Source of the DNA: Octopus vulgaris
Taxonomy: Eukaryota
NCBI GenBank assembly: GCA_951406725.2
Contig: OX597830.1
Coordinates: 21,452,001-21,516,000, forward strand
Length of the DNA: 64,000 nt
Direction: 5' to 3'
The translations under genes and the position numbers were made by a program. Under the pieces are notes generated by a model. That model ran no database searches, was not told the origin of the DNA, and saw only the letters and a program-made list of their open reading frames with translations. Of the stretch, positions 56,393-64,000 are shown piece by piece; within the stretch, counting starts at the first letter, position 1, and every line of letters begins with the position of its first letter.

Positions 56393-56777
56393 TTTTTACT
56401 CTTTTACTTTTTTACTTGTTTCAGTCATTTGACTGTGGCCATGCTGGAGCACCGCCTTTAGTCGAGCAAATCGATCCCAGGACTTATTCTATCGGTTCCT
56501 TTTGCCAAACCGCTAAGTTACGAGGACGTAAACATACCAGCATCGGTCGTCAAGCGATGTTGGGGGAACAAACACACACATACACACACGCACACTGATA
56601 TATATATATATATACGACGGGCTTCTTTCAGTTTCCGTCTACCTAATCCTCTCACAAGGCTTTGGTCGGCCCGTGGCTATAGTAGAAGACACATACCCAA
56701 GGTGCCGCGCAGTGGGACTGAACCCGGAACCATGTGGTTGGTAATACAAGCTAGTTACCACACAGCCACTCCTACGC
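56393..56777 (-). mobile_element. SINE family B
   Basis: Reverse complement of 29085-29530. Confidence 0.8.
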
Positions 56778-57310
56778 CTCCTGTGAAACAACGTAAAATC
56801 ATTACAGAGCTTTATAGTCTTTGGGTGCTGAATGCAAAGCAACAAGACAAGGCGACAAAAGGCAGAAAAATCCAGTTGTTATACTTCTAGCAATAGCAGC
56901 CACCTCACTGAGTTATTTTCTTTCTTTCTTTCTTTCTTTCTTTTTTTTTTTTGCTCAGAGAGACTAGAAAACTACAGACACAAACAACAACAGAAACATC
57001 AACAACAGTAAGTTCTGGAGGCCGCTGTTTCCCGCAGCACAGATATTCGAAGCTCTGAAAATGGTGGAGGAGATTGCACCGTCTTCAATCGCAGAAGCTA
57101 AAGATGCCGAAGCCCCGTTCCTCCCTTTGAGTATACTTGATTTCAATATCAACGGTAGTTGGGCATACACGTGTTTCCTCCTACCAACTAGATGACCCGA
57201 TGTAACACGTGTATGAGTGAGTTTGTTTTTTAAAATTAAATATATTTGTTAATTATTGTGTTTATTGTTTATATTTAATTACCTGTTTTGTGTATTATTC
57301 TAATTCCCAT

Positions 57311-57765
57311 GAAGGCACATGGCTCAGTGGTTTTTTATGATACTGATGATGATGATAATGATAATGATGAAGAAGATGTCAAGACGATGACGACGACGAC
57401 ACCAACAACACCGACCACACCTGACCACACCCGACCATACCCGTCTATATCTCTTCATTTTTTTCGATCGTAAGGTTGTAAGTTCGATTCCCGGACCGGG
57501 CTGCGTGTTGTGCTCTCGAACAAGACACTTTATTTCATGTTGCTTCAGTTCACTCAGCTGTAGAAATGAGTTGCGACGTCACTGGTGCCAAGCTGTATCG
57601 GCCCTTTTGCCTTTCCCTTGGGTAACACTGGTGGCGTGGAGAGGGGAGGCCGGTATGCATGGACAACTGCTGGTCTTCCTTAAACAACCTTGCCCGGACT
57701 TGTGCCTCGGAGGGTTACTTTGTAGGTGCAATTCCATGGTCATTCATGACCGAAGGTGGGGGTCT
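57311..57765 (+). mobile_element. tRNA-derived SINE interrupted between its A and B boxes by a ~130-bp insert
   Basis: ggcacatggctcagtggtt | insert | cgatcgtaaggttgtaagttcgattccc. Confidence 0.75.
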
Positions 57766-58216
57766 CAATTCTAATTCACATCTAATGTTTAACATATCCA
57801 ATATATTTATTATGTAACATCTCCAACCACCATCAACTTCTTTTTATATTGCATATTATTTTGTTTTATCCGAATCCATATGTTGTAACCCCTGTGCCTA
57901 CATTTCTTCTCATTTTATGAATCAATGGCTCTCCGACGACAATTATAGAAAGCAATGGCTCTCCGACGACAATTATAGAAAGCATCAGCTAAGTGTGAGA
58001 AGATTGTCTCGATGTATATTTGTCATATATCTAAGTTGTTGTTTCCGCTTTGATCGATGTCAACTTCGCCTTTTTTTCGTACGTTGCATTTCGTTCTTTT
58101 CTACTGTCTTCAATGTGTTGGGCCCTTGTACCCGGTAACACAAATCCCTACTATTATCAGTAGCAGCAATAAGGACATCATCATCATCATCATCGTCGTC
58201 GACCTCCTCGTCGTCG

Positions 58217-58266
<50 letters not shown>

Positions 58267-58324
58267 GTCATCATCATCGTCGTCGTCGTCATCATCATCA
58301 TCATCGTCGTCGTCGTCGTCGTTG

Positions 58325-58359
<35 letters not shown>

Positions 58360-58465
58360 GTCGTCATCATCATCATAATCATCATCATCATCATCATCAT
58401 TATCGTCGTCGTTGTCGTCATTTCGTGAATCTTTTGAGGATAGGTATTGGAAAACAACACGTATA

Positions 58466-58532
<67 letters not shown>

Positions 58533-58538
58533 TATTTA

Positions 58539-58578
<40 letters not shown>

Positions 58579-58587
58579 TATTTATGA

Positions 58588-58650
<63 letters not shown>

Positions 58651-59036
58651 CGCCAACAGCATCAGTATTAGCAACAACAACAACAACAGCAATAACAACA
58701 GCGGAAATAAGAATTCCTGATATGAAATAGGGGCGCACCTGACGGTGGTGTTGATTAACAAGATGGCAGTAACGATTCAACGGGATTTAAGATTTAAGGA
58801 GAAGGAAGCTAAAACACGCAATGTGTGTGTGTATGTGTGTGTGTGTGTGTCTGAGTGTGTGTGCGGCTGCATGTATGTGTGTTTGCGAAAAGATCCATAG
58901 AGAGATAGATAGGAGAAAGAGAGAGAGAGAGAAGAAGAGTGGAAGCCAGTATATATATATATATATATATATTAAGATTACTAATACGTATATACATTTG
59001 TGTGTATTTGTATAATAGTATATATGTGTGTGTGTG

Positions 59037-59074
<38 letters not shown>

Positions 59075-59292
59075 CATACATACATACATACATACATACA
59101 TACATACATACATACATACATACATACATACATACATAACTGTATATGCATACAGCCACTCATTCATCCATTTTATAGTATGACTATCTGCCTGTCTATC
59201 TAACTTTTCATATCTCTATATTTATGCTCAGATATATCAACACACGCACACCTATATACATAAATATATGTATATATACATATATATATGTA

Positions 59293-59365
<73 letters not shown>

Positions 59366-60999
59366 CATGAATATACATACGTATATACGAATGTGTGTGT
59401 GTGTGTGTTTAAATATATATATATATATTTATATATTTATATTTATATATATATATATATAATACATGAATATAGATACGTATATATGAATGTTTGTGTG
59501 ATATTTCTCGCACAATGGTTTCTTGTTTTCTGTCCAGTTACACGCCCCTTTCCTTGCTCTGTAGAATCCCATAAGTAAATAACTAAACCCCTATTTACAC
59601 AGAGAAGGGCTCGTTCGATGTGGGCCTGTGGTTTCTCTTTTTTGTTTGTTTGTTTTGCTATTGTTCTTTGTTGGTTTGTTGCTTGTTGTTTCTGTTTTTT
59701 TTTATTTTCTCACACAAAGGACTACAAATTTAAGTCAGAGATACTCAGGCGGGGGAGATGCAAGTGTTAGTCGAAGAATATTAGCAATATCGTTGGTTAG
59801 GGGTGACGACGGTTCTGGTGATGGTAGCGGTGGTTGTGGTAGTGGTAGTGGTAGCGGCTGCAGCGATGGTGTCGGTGCTAGCGTCTGATGCCAGATTTCT
59901 GTGACAGATAAAAAAAGTGTTTTCTATTTTTTCTTTTTTTCTTTTAAGGATTTATCTCCCGTTTCTTCTCCTATGGCTTTTCTATTGCCGGTGACCTGTC
60001 GTCACATTTAAATTAAGTAAAATAGTAACAAAACAAAAAAGAAAAAAAATGAAGAGATATAGACGGGTATGGTCGGGTATGGTCGGGTGTGGTCGGGTGT
60101 GGTCGGTCTTGTTGGTGTCGTCGTCGTCATCGTTTTGTCTTCATCATCATCATGATCATGATCATCATCATCATCATCATCATCATCACCATCATCATCA
60201 TCAGTATCATAAACAACATCATCTTGTTAAGATCCAGGCTGGCCCTGTCATCGGACGTCGTTATTGTTGTTCTTTTTCATCTTCTTCCTCTCCTTCTTCT
60301 TCTTCTTCTGCTTCTTCTTCTTCATCTTCTTTTTCTTCTTCTTCTTCTTCTTCTTCTTCTTCTTCTTCTTCTCCTCCTCCTCCTTCTTCTTCTTCTCCTC
60401 CTCCTCCTCCTTCTCCTCCTCCTCCTCCTTCTTCTTCTTCTTCATCTTCTTTTTCTTCTTCTTTTTCTTTTTTTCTTTCTACTTCTTCTCCTCCCTACCC
60501 ACCTCCTACTTCTTTTCTCTCCTCCCCCTTTCCCGCCTCCTTTTCCTTCTCCTTCTTCTTGTCCTCCACCTCTTCTTGTTCTTGTTCTTGTTCTTCTTCT
60601 TCTTCTTCTTCTTGTCAACCCTGGTTATGCAGATTATTGTTGTTGTTACTGTTGTTGTAGTAAGTCACAACAGAAATCCAATATGGTAATTCCATTCAAA
60701 TCTCGCAGAATGGCTTCAGTTGGAACTTATTTGAGATTTCAAAATTTTTATGAAGATTGACTAGAATTTAACCCCTAGAATTGCGCTGCTTTGGGACCAG
60801 ACTTGGTAAAGAAATAATTTGTAATATGATCGAAAACGCTGCTCCTATGGAATCATCGTTGGTTATAGATTAGATCTATAACCGATGACGCTCCACTCAT
60901 GACCACTCTGTATTAATTTCTGGTGTATTGTATTCTACACTACACCTTCCAATGTGATTTTATTTTCTGCTTTCGCGTTCAGTTCACACTGAAGCTGGG

Positions 61000-61078
61000 C
61001 TGTCATAACAGTATCAAGGGCCCAGGGGTGTCATAACAGTATCAAGGGCCCAGGGGTGTCATAACAGTATCAAGGGCC
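61000..61078. repeat. 28-bp tandem repeat, about 3 copies
   Basis: gtcataacagtatcaagggcccaggggt repeated. Confidence 0.9.
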
Positions 61079-61984
61079 ACTGGACCCTCAGTATACACAA
61101 CCACAGCCTGCGTAAATTAGCACTGCCCCCATCCCAACTCTCCAGTGTCCTTATGCCTTAAAACATAGGAACGCTGCACCAAGGACAGCTTCACCGGAAA
61201 GGATGAAACGCAATGTATTAGTCAAATACTAGGGTTTCTTTAATGGTTTCTAATTTAGGCACAAAGCAGACAATTTCATTGCAAGTAGGTTAGTTGAGTG
61301 GAGGCACATGGCCTAGTAGTTAGAGCAGCTGACTCGCATTCGAGGGATCGCGGGTTCGAATCTCAGACCGGGCGATTGTTTGTCCCCTCTATGTTTAGCC
61401 CCTTGTGGGCAATAAAGAAATAAGAAACATTAGCAGGCCGGACAAAATGCCTAATGGCATTTCTTTTGTCTGTATTCTGAGCTCAAATTCTGTCAAAGTC
61501 GACTTTGCCATTCATTCTTTCGGGGTCGATAAATTAAGTACCAGTTACACACTGGGGTCGATGTAATCGACTAGCCCTCTCCCCAAATGTTTCAAACCTT
61601 GTGCCTATAGTAGAAAGGATATCAAATTGATAGTGATATTAACTGGTGTTATCTCCACCTTGATTTTTGAGTGCGCGCGTGTGTGTGTGTATGCGGTGTC
61701 TCTATTTCATGTTTGGTCATTTTGGTAAAATGACCAAACATGACGTAGAGCAGTGGTCCTCAACCGTGGGCCACATGGCCCTCAGGGGTCCATATAAAAT
61801 TTTGTTGTTAAAATTCATGAGCAAAAATTGGTTATACTTTTAAAAATACGCAAAATATTTGAACTATTTATACAATTCCTAACATTTCTTAATTATAAAA
61901 AATATGTGATTTTTTAAAACACTGTATTCCTTTTGTACCAGTTAACTACAGTACCCACTTATATTTGGCTGACCGTTTCTGCAT

Positions 61985-62119
61985 GGTGCCTTGGGCAAGT
62001 GTCTTCTACTATATCGCCTCGGGCTGACCGAAGTTTTGTGAGTGGATTTGGTAGACGGAAACTGAAAGAAGCTTGTTGTATATATATATATATATAGATA
62101 TAGATATATATGTGTGTGT

Positions 62120-62189
<70 letters not shown>

Positions 62190-62370
62190 ATATATATATG
62201 TATGCATGTATTGTGTGTGTGTGTGTCTGTGTGTCTGTGTGTGTTCTTCCGCCGTCGCTTGATAACCGAGCTGTTGTGTTTATGTTCCCGTAACTTGCCG
62301 GTTCGGCAAAAGAGACCGATAGACTAAGTACTAGGCTTACAAAGATTAAGTGATGAGGTCGATTTCTTCG
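61985..62370 (+). mobile_element. SINE family B (5'-truncated)
   Basis: ccttgggcaagtgtctt motif, internal microsatellite, tail. Confidence 0.75.
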
Positions 62371-62705
62371 TTAATCGACCACGGAAGGATGAAAGACAAG
62401 GTTAAACTCGACGTGTTTCGAAATCAGAACGTAAAGACCCTATACAAATACTACAAAGCCTATTTATCCTGATGTTTAAACGATTCTACCAGATCGTCGT
62501 CCTGCAGTTAATTTAACGATAGTTTAAGCTATGAAGAAAACAGATGAACGGATATTTAAGGCAGTGTTCCAGCATGGCCGCAGTCAAATGACTGAAACAA
62601 GTAAAAGAATAACAGAATAAAAGAATACTCTACGGAATCTATATAACACTGATCACCGATTCTCAAAATATTCAATTTCTTAGACGTAACATTTAATCTT
62701 TAACG

Positions 62706-63125
62706 CAGTGTTTCTCAAACATTTTTTTTTTTTTACTTGTGGACCTCTTTGATTCGTATTTTATTCGGATGGATCCACATATCCATTCGATGTTTAAATA
62801 ATCCGATTACACGAGAGGGTGCTGAAAAGCTTCCGGCTTTGAGGGTATCGCGAAAGGCCTGATTGGAGGCCCAAGCTTCCGAGTTCTTTTTACAGGGTTT
62901 AGAAAAACTGAAGGACCGCTGCAATAAGTGCGTAAATCTGAGAGGAGGGCAATATGTCGAATAAAACCATAACTTTTCAGCGCTCCTTGTGCTTTTAGAA
63001 TTAAATATTAGAAATTGCATTTAAAAATTGTTAAAATATTTCGTGTATTTTAGAAATATAATCAATTTATGGAACATAAAATTTTAACCACAAAATCTTA
63101 TATAGGCCCCGGTTGAGAACTACTG
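62706..63125. mobile_element. hAT-like MITE
   Basis: TIRs cagtgtttctcaa / ttgagaactactg; flanks ctttaacg / gtttgacg match 6 of 8 (decayed 8-bp TSD). Confidence 0.65.
62808..62991 (+). mobile_element. Mariner-derived MITE nested in the hAT-like MITE
   Basis: TIRs cacgagagggtgctgaaaag / cttttcagcgctccttgtg; internal EAQASEFFLQGLEKLKDRCNKCVNLRGGQYVE* resembles a mariner C-terminus. Confidence 0.75.
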
Positions 63126-63175
63126 GTTTGACGAAAGAGAAAGGAGTCAACTAAATATTAACCCTACCGTTTAAT

Positions 63176-63475
63176 GAGGCGCAATGGCCCAGTGGTTAGG
63201 GCAGCGGACTCGCGGTCGGAGGATCGCGGTTTCGATTCACAGACCGGGCGTAGTGTGTGTTTATTGAGCGAAAACACCTAAAAGCTCCACGAGACTCTGG
63301 CAGGGCGTGGTGGCGACCCCTGTTGTACTCTTTCGTCACAACTTTCTCTCACTCTCTCTTCCTGTTTCATGAGTAACGCTGCGATGGACTGGCGTCCCGT
63401 CCAGCTGGGTGGAATGCATACGCCACAGAAACCGGGAAACCGGGCCCATGAGCCTCGCTAAGCTTGAAAAGGGCG
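63176..63475 (+). mobile_element. tRNA-derived SINE family C with a different 3' tail from 8055-8436
   Basis: Head and body shared to cttcctgtttc, then diverges. Confidence 0.75.
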
Positions 63476-64000
63476 ACGTTTTTATCGTTATCGTTTGATA
63501 CTCTTTTTAAGTCATACTACCAACCGTCTTCTCTGTATTCTTAGAAAAATAATAAAATTACGTAAGAGAATCTTGGCTAAATCTTATGACGGAGCCTCAT
63601 TCAATAGAGTAAGAGTTACATAAAATATACACTGGCATCTTGCGTTTTCAGGAGAGCATTTACTATCTCAGACACACACAACCGACTACGAATAAATGCA
63701 AAAAAAATAATAAATGGAAAAATAAAAAGATAAAAGGAAAAGAAAACAAAAACAATGTAATTTAACTTCTCATATTTAATCAATGTTAACACCCTATCTG
63801 AAAAAAAATTCCAGCATCTTGCACTTCTGCCCCTAGGACACAATTATAATAAAATGTGTTTTAAAAAAACGAGAACTCATTCCAGATAAACTATTCAACA
63901 TTTAAAAGAAAAAAACACTTTGCTAACATGGCGCTGTCATCTATTAATAATAATTTTGCATTTAGTCACAGGGGCAACATTTTTTTGTACGTTTTTGTTT

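Noticed and set aside
57923-57984. 30-bp direct duplication (and 28-bp triplication at 61000-61078) considered as CRISPR-like
   Set aside because: Head-to-tail repeats without spacers, eukaryotic context, no cas genes.
61751-61924. Possible second hAT-like MITE (cagtgg...cactg)
   Set aside because: Terminal match is short and no target-site duplication is visible.

Overview
AT-rich, repeat-saturated eukaryotic DNA. The dense (TA)n/(CA)n/(TAGA)n/(AAT)n/(CAC)n microsatellites and tRNA-derived SINE families look like an octopus/coleoid cephalopod genome (inference). I found no convincing host protein-coding exon; almost all listed ORFs are microsatellite read-throughs. Recognisable coding remnants are all from transposons: a Penelope-like GIY-YIG endonuclease, Merlin and mariner transposases, and an L1/Tx1-like ORF2 C-terminus. 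The main signal is RNA-level, with three kinds of hammerhead ribozyme (HHR) motif in (TA)n-embedded elements. (1) A dispersed family of 8 copies whose HHR has its three strands in a non-circularly permuted order (stem III'-UH-stem I, then stem II'-GAAA-stem III, then stem I'-CUGANGA-stem II), with compensatory changes between copies and an extra conserved helix. (2) A 492-bp tandem/inverted retrozyme-like array with one perfect type I HHR per unit, at two loci. (3) Minimal Penelope-type HHRs, several with a CCGANGA core. All structures were assigned by eye and none has been tested for activity.
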